This document shows positions 32,479 to 42,940 of a DNA stretch of 64,000 nucleotides, piece by piece. The notes under the pieces are model-generated. The model made no database searches. It was not told where the DNA came from and saw only the letters and a program-made list of their open reading frames with translations. How positions within the stretch are numbered: position 1 is the first letter of the stretch; each line of letters opens with the position of its first letter. The translations under genes were made by a program, and so were the position numbers. Source of the DNA: Minisyncoccia bacterium (GTDB lineage: Bacteria; Patescibacteriota; Minisyncoccia; Phycocordibacterales; PALSA-1337); contig JBEKVT010000001.1 in the NCBI GenBank assembly GCA_049997795.1, positions 4,085 through 68,084 of the forward strand, written 5' to 3'.

Positions 32479-34137
32479 TCACGGCGTCCTCACGATGTGG
32501 GCCATGGCGTACTCCAGGGTGCCGCCGACTTTCTTGCCGGGGTTGAATATGCTTTTCGGGTCCCAGATCTTCTTGGTCTCTTCGAAGAGCCTGACGACTT
32601 CCTCTCCGTATTGCATCTTCACGAACGGCGTCCTGATGATGCCGTCGTTGTGCTCGCCGGTTATCGAGCCTCTGAACGCATGGACGAGCTCGTATACCTT
32701 GATCGACAGCTCTTCTATGATATGGTGCGACTTCCCGAGGTCGAGATCCATGAGAGGGATGATGTGAAAATTGCCGTCGCCGACGTGGCCGGCGATGGTG
32801 TAGGTCAGGTCTTTCTTGTACGGGTCGAGGATAGCATAGAGCTTCGGCAGGAATTCGGGCAGAGCCGCGGGCGGTACCACGAAATCGTCGATGAACGGGG
32901 CGGTGCGCAGGCCGTGGACGTGCTGGCGGAGCATGTTGAAGCTCTCGCGGCGGATGACCCAATATTTGGCGAGGTCCTTGGCGGTCTTGGTGACCTTGGT
33001 CTTTTGATGCAAGCTCTCGAGAGCGGCCTGCGCGTTCAATGCCTTTTCCAGGGCCTCTCTATCCGTGTCGGCCGTGAACTCGGCGAGAAGCACGAGCTTC
33101 GGCACGCCGCCGTCGAGGACGGCGATCATCTCCGGCAAGAATTCAAGGCCCAAGGTGATGATATTCCCTTTCATCTGCCTTATGAGCTGCGGCAGGAATT
33201 TTATGGCGACTTTAAACGTCTGGTCGTCGTACGACTCGAAGCTGTCTGGCTTGTGCCGGAGGATGCTCGAGGCCGTCTCGCCAAGATGGTCCAAGCTCTT
33301 CAGGAAGACGACCAGAAGATGCGAATATGGCTTGGGCCGGACCAGGGCGAATTCTATCTCGGTCAAAAGGCCTAGGGTGCCCTGCGAACCGGTGATGAGC
33401 CTGGTCAAATCGAACGTGCCCTTGCCTCTGTCGTAAACGTTCCACAGAGAGTAGCCGCAGGAATTCTTCGGGACTATCGGCCGGGCACTCTCGATCAGTT
33501 CTCGGTTCGAATCGATGAGGGCTTGGGTCTTCCGGTAGATCTGGCCTTCGAAGCTCTCAAGCTTTTTCTTCTCCTCGAGCTCTGCCGGCTTAAGCGGCTT
33601 GAATTCATATTCCTCGCCGTCGGCGCAGACCATCTTGAGCCGGCGGACGTATCTCTCCGTCTTGCCGTATGTCAGGGTCTTCTCGCCGCCGGCGTCATTG
33701 GCCACCATGCCGCCCACGGTGCAGAGCTCGCGCGAGGCCGGGTAGCTCGGCATGATCTGGCCGCCCTTATCCAGAGTGGCTTTTTCGAAATCGCGATAAT
33801 AGACGCCCGGCTCGGTCACGGCGTAACCGTCGACCACCTTTTTGATGCGATCGAAATGCTCAAGGAACGAGACGACTATAGATTCGGTGAGAGGCCCGCC
33901 CGACATGTCCGTACCAGCCGCGCGGGCAGTTAAATTAACGTCGCCGTGATCGGCGGCATAGCGGACCAGCTTTTTCAGGTCTTCGGCGTCTTTGGGATGG
34001 ACTACCGCCCTCGGCCTGACCTCGAATATGCTGGCGTCGCGGGATGCGGCGGCAAGCGCTTCGTCGGAGGTCTCGACTTCGCCGGAGATAAGATCCTTCA
34101 ATTCACTGATGTCTATCATAGGAGAAACATTATACAA
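32479..34137 (-). CDS. FAD-linked oxidase (GlcD/D-lactate dehydrogenase-like, FAD_binding_4 + C-terminal oxidase domain)
   Basis: 552 aa with ...VRPRAVVHPKDAEDLKKLVRYAADHG...RAAGTDMSGG... and a C-terminal ...HVGDGNFH.... Confidence 0.75.
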   Translation of the reverse strand: MYNVSPMIDISELKDLISGEVETSDEALAAASRDASIFEVRPRAVVHPKDAEDLKKLVRYAADHGDVNLTARAAGTDMSGGPLTESIVVSFLEHFDRIKKVVDGYAVTEPGVYYRDFEKATLDKGGQIMPSYPASRELCTVGGMVANDAGGEKTLTYGKTERYVRRLKMVCADGEEYEFKPLKPAELEEKKKLESFEGQIYRKTQALIDSNRELIESARPIVPKNSCGYSLWNVYDRGKGTFDLTRLITGSQGTLGLLTEIEFALVRPKPYSHLLVVFLKSLDHLGETASSILRHKPDSFESYDDQTFKVAIKFLPQLIRQMKGNIITLGLEFLPEMIAVLDGGVPKLVLLAEFTADTDREALEKALNAQAALESLHQKTKVTKTAKDLAKYWVIRRESFNMLRQHVHGLRTAPFIDDFVVPPAALPEFLPKLYAILDPYKKDLTYTIAGHVGDGNFHIIPLMDLDLGKSHHIIEELSIKVYELVHAFRGSITGEHNDGIIRTPFVKMQYGEEVVRLFEETKKIWDPKSIFNPGKKVGGTLEYAMAHIVRTP

Positions 34138-34269
34138 GAAACGAGGCCTTAAAATAAGGAGTTTAGCTTGATTGACAAATTAATATAATTTGTGCTATAA
34201 TTAAAAAGAATTTCAGATAGTCCTTCACCTCTTACCTTAACGTCAGTAAACAAGAAAGGACCGTGTCCT

Positions 34270-34830
34270 TTGAAAATCTTAATCCTCTACGCGATCAACG
34301 TGATGTCGATCGCTTTCCCTCTGGCTATATTGGAAATATGGCTGGAGCAGTTTAAGGTCGGCAAATGGGGCGCCACTGAATTCCAACACCCCTTTTGGGG
34401 CAAAAAGATCCAGATCGGCCTCTTAGATCGGATCACGGAGAAGTCCTACGTCACGCCGTATCATCTCATGATGTTCGGCGCGATCATCCCCGCGGTCACT
34501 ATCTTGAACTTCCTGCTGTTCTGGCATCTCTCGGGCCATTCATGGCTCGTCATGGATGTCGGCGGCGCGAAAATCGTCCCGATCATATTCCTGCCGACAG
34601 TCTGGCTCGGGAATATGGTCACTGAGGATTTCCTCTGGTTCGCAATCCAGTCCGTCACCGGGTGGCGCGAACCGAAGGCCCTTGAAAGGCTTCTTGCAGG
34701 AGATTTCGTGTGGCATACCGAGTTTGTCGAATTGTCCCGCTCGATCATGCTGCCGAGATTTTACATCGTCATCCCTCTTTGGGTGGCGATACTTCTGGTC
34801 ACGCAGAGCCTCATCGTCCAGTTCGCCTGA
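34270..34830 (+). CDS. Hypothetical polytopic membrane protein
   Basis: 186 aa, about 5 TM. No recognised motif. Confidence 0.4.
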   Translation: MKILILYAINVMSIAFPLAILEIWLEQFKVGKWGATEFQHPFWGKKIQIGLLDRITEKSYVTPYHLMMFGAIIPAVTILNFLLFWHLSGHSWLVMDVGGAKIVPIIFLPTVWLGNMVTEDFLWFAIQSVTGWREPKALERLLAGDFVWHTEFVELSRSIMLPRFYIVIPLWVAILLVTQSLIVQFA

Positions 34831-34925
34831 ATCAGGCGAACGATCAACCCACCAACGGGAAAAAGCCCGCTCGGTGGGCTTTTCTTTTGTGGTAAGGTCT
34901 TTTGAATGGATAACGGGCCTACATT

Positions 34926-35264
34926 TCAGGCTTCTCTGACCCACGGGCGCGCGTATCTGAGATTATGGACTATATCGAACAAGAGCCACAGGCCGGCGGC
35001 GATGGCTAGGGTGATGACCGCTTCGACGGTGAACGAAGTGTGAATGAAGGCGGACAAGAGATAAGAGACGTCATCGGCGACGCCGGACAGCCTAGACATG
35101 TTCTGGATGACGTGCGGTATCGAGACGAGATAGACCATGGCGACAGCACAGGCGGCGAAGACCAGCCCTTTGAGCGCCTCCGGGTCGAAGGCCCGGCGCA
35201 GGAGATATACCGCCCGCACCCGGGTCATCACGTCTCTTTTGAGTTGTCCGTCGCGTTGATTCAT
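34926..35264 (-). CDS. Putative anti-sigma factor (membrane)
   Basis: 112 aa. It overlaps the upstream ECF sigma stop by 4 nt, which suggests coupling. The C-terminal half is hydrophobic. Confidence 0.45.
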   Translation of the reverse strand: MNQRDGQLKRDVMTRVRAVYLLRRAFDPEALKGLVFAACAVAMVYLVSIPHVIQNMSRLSGVADDVSYLLSAFIHTSFTVEAVITLAIAAGLWLLFDIVHNLRYARPWVREA

Positions 35265-35848
35265 TTGATTTGCGAGGTGACATAAGCTAATTCTAAGTGA
35301 GCCTCTCGCATCTTCTGCTTGGCCCGGTGGATGCGCTGGCGGATCGTGCCGTGCGAGACGCCTTCCTTTTCGGCGATCTCTTTCTGCGGCATGCCGTCTA
35401 TGAAATGTTGCTCCACGGTCCGGCGCAGGAGGACCGGCAGCTTGGACAGCATTCTCATGGCTTGATCGGCCGCGTATCGGCGCTCCATGAGGTCGGCGGA
35501 GACGGGATCAGGGACAGTCTCCGCGAATTCAGGGACAGCCTCGAGCGAAACGGTCTCTTTGCGGCGCCTCTTGCGGTACGCCGTGTAGCATTGATTTACG
35601 AGGACGGTATAGGCCCAAGAGGAGAACGAGGCGCCTTCCCTTTCCTCGAATCTCTTGCCAGCCACATATATCCGGACGAACGTCTCCTGGACAACGTCAT
35701 AGGCGTCGTCTTCATCGTGGAGGATGGACATGGCCTTGCGCACGAAAGCCCGCTGGTACCGATTCACGATCTCTTCGAACACGGCCGGACGAGCCGCAGA
35801 ATCCCGTAGCAGTTCGACGTCGGACGATGGTTTATCCATGTCTTCCAT
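35261..35848 (-). CDS. ECF RNA polymerase sigma factor (sigma-24 type)
   Basis: Region 2 is ...YDVVQETFVRIY..., region 4 is ...LPVLLRRTVEQHFIDGMPQKEIAEKEGVSHGTIRQRIHRAKQKMRE. Confidence 0.8.
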   Translation of the reverse strand: MEDMDKPSSDVELLRDSAARPAVFEEIVNRYQRAFVRKAMSILHDEDDAYDVVQETFVRIYVAGKRFEEREGASFSSWAYTVLVNQCYTAYRKRRRKETVSLEAVPEFAETVPDPVSADLMERRYAADQAMRMLSKLPVLLRRTVEQHFIDGMPQKEIAEKEGVSHGTIRQRIHRAKQKMREAHLELAYVTSQIK

Positions 35849-35887
35849 TATAACCCGGATGGAGGCGGGAATGTCACAAGGAAGGAG

Positions 35888-36286
35888 CTACCAGCCTAGC
35901 GAATACGCCCAAGGGAGCGGGATAGCCAGCATAGCGAGCAGGGCGCCGAGAAGAGCCATGTTCTTCCAGAAATTGATGCGATCGCCCATCTTGGCCATCG
36001 GATCGGCCTCTTTCCAATACGGATGCATCTTGAAGGACACTCCGACAAGGAAGATGGCCAGACAAGCGATGCCGAGTTCCGGCCCGTATCCGGCGAGGAT
36101 CGAAAGACCGCCGACAAGAGCCAGGATACCGGTGCCTATGACGGCGAACTTGGCCCCGGCCGCCGACTTCACGCCCTTGGACTGAGCGTAGCCGACCATG
36201 CCGGAAGCTTTGAAGATGTGGCCGTACGCCGCGTGGAGCCAATAAAGCCCGAGAATGACGCGACCGGCGAGAAATGCGTATATCAT
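35888..36286 (-). CDS. DoxX-family membrane protein
   Basis: 132 aa, 4 TM. It is paralogous in topology to the DoxX protein at 16591. Confidence 0.65.
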   Translation of the reverse strand: MIYAFLAGRVILGLYWLHAAYGHIFKASGMVGYAQSKGVKSAAGAKFAVIGTGILALVGGLSILAGYGPELGIACLAIFLVGVSFKMHPYWKEADPMAKMGDRINFWKNMALLGALLAMLAIPLPWAYSLGW

Positions 36287-36376
36287 AGCTTGATTTCCTA
36301 TAGATTAAAGTTATATCAACCCCTGGTAATGCCGGGGCATTATACCAGAGGCGTTTTAGAGAAGACCAGGGCTGAA

Positions 36377-36817
36377 ATGTGGTATAGTTGTGGAGACTTG
36401 AAGCCTGCCTCCATGTCCAATGCCGTCGCACAAGTCGGGCCCGTCGAATCGAGTTTTTTGGGCAAACCTCTGGTGCATGCCGTCCTGGGCGGCACTTTCA
36501 GCGTTGGAGAACTGCCCTTGATCAAGGCCTGGGCGGAGGGGCTAGGCAAGACCATCAAAGACGCTTCCGGCGGCAAGAACAGGTCGGTTTGCGTCATCAT
36601 AGACTTCAGCTCCCTCGAATCTTACGAAGACCCGAAAGTGATCGAGATGTTGGTCGGTCTGATGGAAAATGACTTACCGTACATCTATCGGACCGCCACT
36701 TGGGGTGCCAATCTCCGAACTCAAATGGCCGAGCAGGTGGTCCGAGTGATGGCCAAGCGCGACAACATCAAGGATTTCAAAACGAAAGAGGAGGCCCTGG
36801 CCTGGCTTCGAGAATGA
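36377..36817 (+). CDS. Hypothetical protein (possibly STAS-like fold); start uncertain (candidate ATGs at 36329, 36377 and 36413)
   Basis: The ORF continues from upstream, but the region before 36286 is the antisense of the DoxX gene. The C-terminus reads ...VCVIIDFSSLESYEDPKVIEMLVGLMEN.... Confidence 0.35.
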   Translation: MWYSCGDLKPASMSNAVAQVGPVESSFLGKPLVHAVLGGTFSVGELPLIKAWAEGLGKTIKDASGGKNRSVCVIIDFSSLESYEDPKVIEMLVGLMENDLPYIYRTATWGANLRTQMAEQVVRVMAKRDNIKDFKTKEEALAWLRE

Positions 36818-38797
36818 TCATTTCCTCCCCGCCCTTAAGGCGTTGCCTATCGGAAGGAAGTCGGTCAGGAAGTTGAAGGCGGCGGCGCCCGAGGGGCCAA
36901 GGACACCGAGGCCGGGGATGCCGACGATCACCCATAGAAGGCCGACAGCGTTGGTCATGAACCAGATAGCGAAACACTGCCACATGATGTGCCGGATGAC
37001 CTGGGCCGTGCGCATGACCTGCGGCAGGCGGTCCAAGCGGTCTTTCATGATGGCGATGTCGGCGGCCTCGATGGCGGCGTCGGCCCCGATGCCGCCCATG
37101 GCGATAGAGACGTCGGCAAGCGCCATCGAGGCGGCGTCATTCACCCCGTCGCCGATGTAGCCGACTACCTCCGGCTCTTTCTCTCGCTCGAATTTGTGCA
37201 CGAACTCGACCTTGCTCTCCGGCGTCATGTTGGCGTGGAAGTGCCGGAGCCCGAGCTCCCCGGCCACGGCCGCGGCGGCATGCTCGTTGTCGCCAGTCAG
37301 GATGTGCCACTCGCGCACGCCGTATTTCCTCGTTTCGGCGATGATCTCTTTGACGCGCGGCCGAAGCTCGTCACCGTAAGAGATGAGGCCGGCCGTCTTG
37401 CCATTCACAGAGAGGACCGCCACGCCGCGGCCGGCGTCTTTTTCGAGAGTGAGGTCGCGCTTGGCTTCCTCGGGCACCGCCGTTCCGTCATGTGCCATGA
37501 ATGAGGGACGGCCGAGGAGCATCCGGTCTATGCCGTGGCGGAACCTGACGCCCTGGCCGGGCGCTTCTTCCAGTTCCTGCGGGGCATGGATGGTCATGCC
37601 CTTCCCTTTGCCGTAGTCGATGATGGCGCGGGAGACAGCGTGCTTCGATTCCGAAGCGCCCATCATGGCGAGTTCGAGGACTTTATGGGCGGAGAACGGC
37701 TTGTAGGCGCGGATGTCCACGACCTTCGGCTTCCCGCGGGTCAGAGTGCCGGTCTTGTCGGTGAGCAAGAACTTCATCTTCGAGAGCTGTTCAAGAGCGG
37801 CCGAGCCTTTGACGATTACACCGTCCTTGGCGGCTCGAGCGATGCCGGCGGTGAAAGCGAGCGGCACGGCTACGGCCACGTCATCGGCACAGACGACCAG
37901 TAAGACGGCCAGGATCTCCCCGGGCGACAGGCCGTACCACCACATGAAGCCGGAAGCGAGGAGCGAGATGAATATGTACCACTGGGTGAAGCGGTCAGCC
38001 ATGCGCTCGGCCTGGCTCTTGTCGCGGCCGGCTTCCTCGACGAGCTTGATGATCTTGGCAAGGGTCGTATCGGCGCCGACCCGTTCGGTCTTGACGACGA
38101 GCGATCCCGATTCGTTCATTGTGGCGGTGAAGACCTTGTCGCCGGGCTTCTTCGGCACGAGCTCGCTCTCGCCGGTAAGGGATGACTCGTCGACGTCGGC
38201 GGCTCCGGACATGACTACGCCGTCTACCGGCATCCTGTCTCCGGAGTCAACCACGACCATGTCACCGGGCCTTACCTCGCTTATGTGGACATCCTTGACC
38301 GTCTCGCCGACCTGGAGACGCACCCGCTCGACGTGGTATTTCATCAGGCTCTGGATGACTCTCTTGACCCGCGCCGAGGTGACGTATTCGAAGATGCGGG
38401 CGAAGGCGAGCATCAGGGTGATGAGAGCCGCCGAGACCCATTCTTTATCGATCAGCGAGAAGCCTAGGGCGATAGAGGCCAAAAGGTCCACCGATAGGCG
38501 TCGCTTGATGAGCGATTTAATGGCCGACCACAGGACCGGGATGAGGCCCAGGAACGAGAGGGCCGCCAGGATCGCATCCGCCTGCGGCATCTTGAACAAG
38601 ACGCCGATGAGAACCGCCGAGGTCAGGGTGACGAGGACCAGGTCGAAGACGAAAAAGGCTCTCTCTTCGCGGTCGGTAGCGGGCTTCATGCCTGTATTAT
38701 AACAGGAGTCGAGCATCAGTTGGTTGTGCGAGGCAAGAACCGTGGCTTTATTAAGGACGCAATAAAAAAGCCACGCGAGGGGACGCGTGGCCTTCAT
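36818..38797 (-). CDS. Cation-transporting P-type ATPase (P1B-like topology; no canonical CPC motif seen)
   Basis: 659 aa with DKTGTLT phosphorylation, GDGVNDAASMALADVSIAMG hinge and TGES-like ...LTGESELV. Confidence 0.8.
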   Translation of the reverse strand: MKATRPLAWLFYCVLNKATVLASHNQLMLDSCYNTGMKPATDREERAFFVFDLVLVTLTSAVLIGVLFKMPQADAILAALSFLGLIPVLWSAIKSLIKRRLSVDLLASIALGFSLIDKEWVSAALITLMLAFARIFEYVTSARVKRVIQSLMKYHVERVRLQVGETVKDVHISEVRPGDMVVVDSGDRMPVDGVVMSGAADVDESSLTGESELVPKKPGDKVFTATMNESGSLVVKTERVGADTTLAKIIKLVEEAGRDKSQAERMADRFTQWYIFISLLASGFMWWYGLSPGEILAVLLVVCADDVAVAVPLAFTAGIARAAKDGVIVKGSAALEQLSKMKFLLTDKTGTLTRGKPKVVDIRAYKPFSAHKVLELAMMGASESKHAVSRAIIDYGKGKGMTIHAPQELEEAPGQGVRFRHGIDRMLLGRPSFMAHDGTAVPEEAKRDLTLEKDAGRGVAVLSVNGKTAGLISYGDELRPRVKEIIAETRKYGVREWHILTGDNEHAAAAVAGELGLRHFHANMTPESKVEFVHKFEREKEPEVVGYIGDGVNDAASMALADVSIAMGGIGADAAIEAADIAIMKDRLDRLPQVMRTAQVIRHIMWQCFAIWFMTNAVGLLWVIVGIPGLGVLGPSGAAAFNFLTDFLPIGNALRAGRK

Positions 38798-38812
38798 GAA
38801 CGAATCGGTCCT

Positions 38813-39586
38813 TTAGAATTGGTAGCCGAGGCCGCCGAAGACGACCTTGTCGAAGGAAGGACGGCTGTCATGCACGGTGACCGGCACGTAGTAGTTCACC
38901 TGCGGCATGACCATCGTCAGACGCTTCGAGAGCTTCCAGTCCAATTCGACGCTCCCCCGGAAGAGGAGGCCGCTATCGAGGCCGAAGCCGCCGGTGTCAT
39001 AGACGAGCGAGAGCGAGACGCTGGCGCTCGTCAGATCCTTGAAGAAGGACGCGCTGTTGCTGGCTCCAGCGCTGAACAGGCTTCCGCCCCGGTAAGGGCT
39101 GCGGGGCATGGCGACGTAATTCTCGTAACAGCCGTTGATCGTCGTCCACTTGAACGCTTTGGACAGCTTCACGTGGCTGTAGATGATGTCCTGGGCGCCG
39201 AGAACGGACAGGCTCGGCTCGTCGAAATACGTGACGCCGATGTCGAGGGTCGTGTCCGATGGCTGGCTTTTCAGGCCGAGCGCCGACAAGGGGCCGGACC
39301 AGCCGACGCCGAAGTCCTGTTCGGTGCCGAAGTTGTGGTTGTATCCCCTGAAAGGGGCTGAATGCCACAGATCGAGGTAGAGGCCGTCGTGAAAGCTCAG
39401 GAACAAGTCGGATTGGATCGCCGGCTTGTCATAGAGCATGCCGCCGCTGCCGAAAGCCAGATATTTGCTGGCCACGACCGAGCGGAACGTGACTTGCGGG
39501 TCATGATTCTGGTCGGTACCGTCATCGGCCAAGGCCGATAACGAGAGCCCGAAAAGGACGCTTAAGCTGACAAGGAGCGTTTTCAT
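38813..39586 (-). CDS. Secreted beta-rich protein with a C-terminal aromatic residue (outer-membrane beta-barrel-like)
   Basis: Signal peptide MKTLLVSLSVLFGLSLSALA, alternating amphipathic segments and a C-terminal ...GGLGYQF. Confidence 0.4.
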   Translation of the reverse strand: MKTLLVSLSVLFGLSLSALADDGTDQNHDPQVTFRSVVASKYLAFGSGGMLYDKPAIQSDLFLSFHDGLYLDLWHSAPFRGYNHNFGTEQDFGVGWSGPLSALGLKSQPSDTTLDIGVTYFDEPSLSVLGAQDIIYSHVKLSKAFKWTTINGCYENYVAMPRSPYRGGSLFSAGASNSASFFKDLTSASVSLSLVYDTGGFGLDSGLLFRGSVELDWKLSKRLTMVMPQVNYYVPVTVHDSRPSFDKVVFGGLGYQF

Positions 39587-39679
39587 GGGTCGATCTTTCT
39601 GCTAAAGGTTCGTTGTCGTTCTGAGGTTTGTTTAGACTTTAGCAGGTGATTGACTTATTGTCAAGTATATGACGATTAT

Positions 39680-40648
39680 TTATGGCCGCACTACCTTTTT
39701 AAGCTCTCCGATCAGGACGTCCAGATCATGCGCCAGCGTGCCGTCTTCGGCGATCTCCGCGAAAGGGGCGTATCGTATCCGCCGGTCGGCCTTGTTCTTC
39801 TTCGTCTTCTTGAACTCGACCTTATCCTCCAAGGCGTAATCGATGAGCGCCTTCGGCGGGATCTTCTTGTCATTGCAGAGGATGACGTCCGCGCGCCTTC
39901 CCACATATCCTTCGATCTTGGATACGAAGTCGTCGGCAGCGTAATTCTGAGTCTCCCCTTTCTTGTTGACGATATTGAGGATGATCGCGATCCTGGCTTT
40001 CGATCGGGCGATGGCTCCTTTGATCCCGCCCGGAAGGAGGCTCGGGACGATGCTCGAGTAGAAATCGCCGGGAGTGACGATGAGCCAGTCCGCCTCGACG
40101 ATGGATTTGACAGCTTCTTTTGACGCCCTGGCTTCCGGCTTCAGGTAGACACTCTTTATCGCGTGCGCATCTGGATGCCAGAGAGGATTTTTTGCAAGCT
40201 GGTCGATGTTGGCTTCGCTGACGACCGTATTGCCTATCTTCAAGGCAGCGCACAGCTCGGTCCTTTCCTCTGTGACCGGCAATACACGATGGATCCCCAG
40301 GCTGCACAGGCTCCAGAATTCCTCAAGAGCCTTGCCGGTGCCTGCCGTCTTTTCCAGAGCGACAAAAAGCACGTTCTTCACCGAGTGCCCTTTCAACGTC
40401 CCCTTTCCATAACGATATAAAAGGGCCCGGGACAGTATCGGGTCGGGACAGAGAGCCGCTATGCACCATGTCAGATCGCCCAGATAGCCCTTCGCGCCAT
40501 AATCCTCCTTAAGGCTTCCAGTGGATCCGCCGGAATCAGTGCTGGGACAGATGCCGGTTATCTTCAGGCCCGGCATGGCCCTGAGGGCTTTCAGCACCTT
40601 GGCTTGGCCGCCCGCGCCGCCTATGGTAACGACATCGATCGTTTTCAT
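39680..40648 (-). CDS. YvcK/CofD-family protein (gluconeogenesis factor / UPF0052)
   Basis: 322 aa with VVTIGGAGGQAKVLKAL...CPSTDSGGSTGSLK...LGDLTWC family motifs. Confidence 0.75.
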   Translation of the reverse strand: MKTIDVVTIGGAGGQAKVLKALRAMPGLKITGICPSTDSGGSTGSLKEDYGAKGYLGDLTWCIAALCPDPILSRALLYRYGKGTLKGHSVKNVLFVALEKTAGTGKALEEFWSLCSLGIHRVLPVTEERTELCAALKIGNTVVSEANIDQLAKNPLWHPDAHAIKSVYLKPEARASKEAVKSIVEADWLIVTPGDFYSSIVPSLLPGGIKGAIARSKARIAIILNIVNKKGETQNYAADDFVSKIEGYVGRRADVILCNDKKIPPKALIDYALEDKVEFKKTKKNKADRRIRYAPFAEIAEDGTLAHDLDVLIGELKKVVRP

Positions 40649-40753
40649 GCCGAGACGCCGCTTATTTCAGACAAAATTACAGCACGACATCTAAGGCGTG
40701 CCGTGCTTGACCATTACAACCGCCGCGACGGACGGGATGTTACACTGCTTCGG

Positions 40754-42043
40754 TCACGATAATTTCGTGATATCCCGCGGGAAGAAGAGCTCGAGGGCCC
40801 ATTCGAAGGCGATCCTGATGCGCTTTCTCCAAGAAGCGAATTTGGATAGATAGACCGTGCGCCAGAGCCACCAAGTCAGGCGGCCTGAAATTTTCTTTGA
40901 GAAGAGCTCACCGATGGCGAACCACTGCCCTACCGAGACCATGCCGCCCTTGGAACGATAACGGAAGGGACGAAGAGGCTCGCCGACAGCGATGGCGATA
41001 AGGTTGCGGGCAACGGTTTTCGCTTCTTTTTCCGCCACTTGGGCGAGCATCGGGAGCGGTTTGACGTTCCCGGCGTCTATGTAAGCAGCGGCATCGCCTA
41101 GAGCGAAGATGTGGTCGGAGCTTGGGAGGCGGAAGAAGCTATCGACCGATAGCCGGCCGCCGGTTAAGGCTGGGGCCCTGCCTTTGAATTTCGGTATAAC
41201 TGCCTTGACGCCGGCTGTCCAGATGACAGTTGAGGCCGGGATAGCCGGATTGTCGGCTACGTAGAGGCTGGCTGACGAGATTCCGGTTACGGTCATTCCC
41301 GTATGAACGGCCACGCCGACTTCCTTCAAGCGTTTGGCCGCCGCTTGGCGCAAGTTTGGCGAAAATTGTTCCAGGATCTCCTTGCCGGCGTGAACAAGAG
41401 AGACAGTCGCCTCTTCCGGTTGACATTGCTGTGGCTCTTCCGGATGACTATGGTCGCTGCTGTAATAGCGTTTGGCTATGCCGCGGGTGAATTCGGCGAG
41501 CTCTGCGGCAAGCTCAACGCCGGTCGGACCGCCGCCTACCACGGCAAACGACAGGAGTTTGGCGCGTTCGGCCCGATCCGGAGAGAGCGCGGCCTTCTCG
41601 AAAGCGTCGATGACGCGGTTGCGGATCGTGGCCGCGTCAGCGAGAGTCTTGAGCGGCAGGGCATATTCGGCCGCGTCCCGGATGCCGTAATAGTTAGTCT
41701 CAGCGCCGGTTCCGATGACGAGATAATCGTAGCGGATGTTGATCGGGGGGGCTGAATCGCCCTTCACTTCTACCGTGCGAGCCTCGGCGTCAACGGTTTC
41801 GGCCGTCCCTTGGATGAAATGCACGCCAGTCCCCACAAAAATCTCGCGCAAGGGTTCTGCCACGCTCGAAAGAGACAGGGCGCCTGTCGCCGCTTCATGG
41901 AGGAGCGGCGTGAAAAGGAAATAATTGTTACGTCCGACCAGAGTCACGTCGATCTTGCCCTCTCTGGCGTGCTCTGCGAGCCTCTTTGCGACATATACGC
42001 CGCCGAAGCCGGTGCCGAGGATGACGATGTGAGGGCGTAGCAT
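40754..42043 (-). CDS. ndh: Type II NADH dehydrogenase (NDH-2) / FAD-dependent pyridine nucleotide-disulfide oxidoreductase
   Basis: 429 aa. GTGFGG (FAD) and ...VVGGGPTGVELAAEL (NAD) Rossmann motifs. The C-terminal hydrophobic tail is typical of NDH-2. Confidence 0.8.
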   Translation of the reverse strand: MLRPHIVILGTGFGGVYVAKRLAEHAREGKIDVTLVGRNNYFLFTPLLHEAATGALSLSSVAEPLREIFVGTGVHFIQGTAETVDAEARTVEVKGDSAPPINIRYDYLVIGTGAETNYYGIRDAAEYALPLKTLADAATIRNRVIDAFEKAALSPDRAERAKLLSFAVVGGGPTGVELAAELAEFTRGIAKRYYSSDHSHPEEPQQCQPEEATVSLVHAGKEILEQFSPNLRQAAAKRLKEVGVAVHTGMTVTGISSASLYVADNPAIPASTVIWTAGVKAVIPKFKGRAPALTGGRLSVDSFFRLPSSDHIFALGDAAAYIDAGNVKPLPMLAQVAEKEAKTVARNLIAIAVGEPLRPFRYRSKGGMVSVGQWFAIGELFSKKISGRLTWWLWRTVYLSKFASWRKRIRIAFEWALELFFPRDITKLS

Positions 42044-42194
42044 GATGGTCAGTTTAACATATATAGATACGAGTGAACCGTAAGTACTGGCTCTTCAGGA
42101 CACGCCGTCCGGCCGTGCTCGGCCGGCGGCTCATTCTCGGCCGCCTTCGCGGCCTCCGAAAGGTCCTTCAGAACCAGTACTTACGGTTCATCAG

Positions 42195-42940
42195 TCAGAT
42201 ATTCGCCAAACGGATGACGATATAAAGAATGCCGGCCCCGAGAAGCGTCATGGCCGTGGTCAGGAACTTCGGGTGGGCGTGATGGCTCTCCGGGATGAGG
42301 TCGGTGGCGCCGATGTACAGGAAAAAGCCGGCGAAGACAGCCAGGATGATGGAAAGAGCGTTCTCAGGCAGGGTGAAGAATAGGGTCGAAGCCGCGCCAA
42401 TGACAGGCGCCGCGGCATCGACGACAAGCCAGCGCATGGCATGCGCGCCCTCTCCTTTGTTCTTCAGGATGAGGTTGACCGTGTTGATGCCGTCGGAAAA
42501 ATCATGGGCGAGGACGGCTACAGCCACCACCGCTCCGATCGCAGCTGAGACCTGGAAGGCCAGGCCGATGGCTACGCCGTCGAGGAAGCTGTGGAAAGAG
42601 AGGCTCGAGGCGCCCAGGATACCGCGGCGGATATGGCGGGTCTCGGCCGGCGACAATTCGCATTCATGGCCCTCTTCATGGACGTGGGCATGCAGAAAGA
42701 TCAGACGATCAAGGACGAGATAGACGAGGAAGCCGAGGGCCATGACAGCCGTGATCGTCGCGCTGGAATAATACTTAGCGCCAAGCTGGAGAGCCTCCGG
42801 CAAGAGATCGAAGAAGGCCACGGCCACGACCGCTCCGGCCGAGAAGCCGAGGATGAGGTGCAATCTGTCCTTGAAGCGCAAGGCGGAGAGGCCGCCCAAG
42901 AGAGTCGAGACGAAAGCGGCGAAAGCGATCAGGATGATCA
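42195..42940 (-). CDS. ZIP-family divalent metal transporter
   Basis: Starts MIILIAFAAFVSTLLGG at 42940. It has His-rich loops and the ...HSFLDGVAIG... ZIP signature. The track ORF is over-extended to 43058. Confidence 0.8.

Noticed and set aside
36818-38797. Calling the P-type ATPase a copper exporter (CopA)
   Set aside because: No CPC/CPH transmembrane metal-binding motif and no N-terminal CxxC metal-binding domain are evident. I kept it as a generic cation P-type ATPase.
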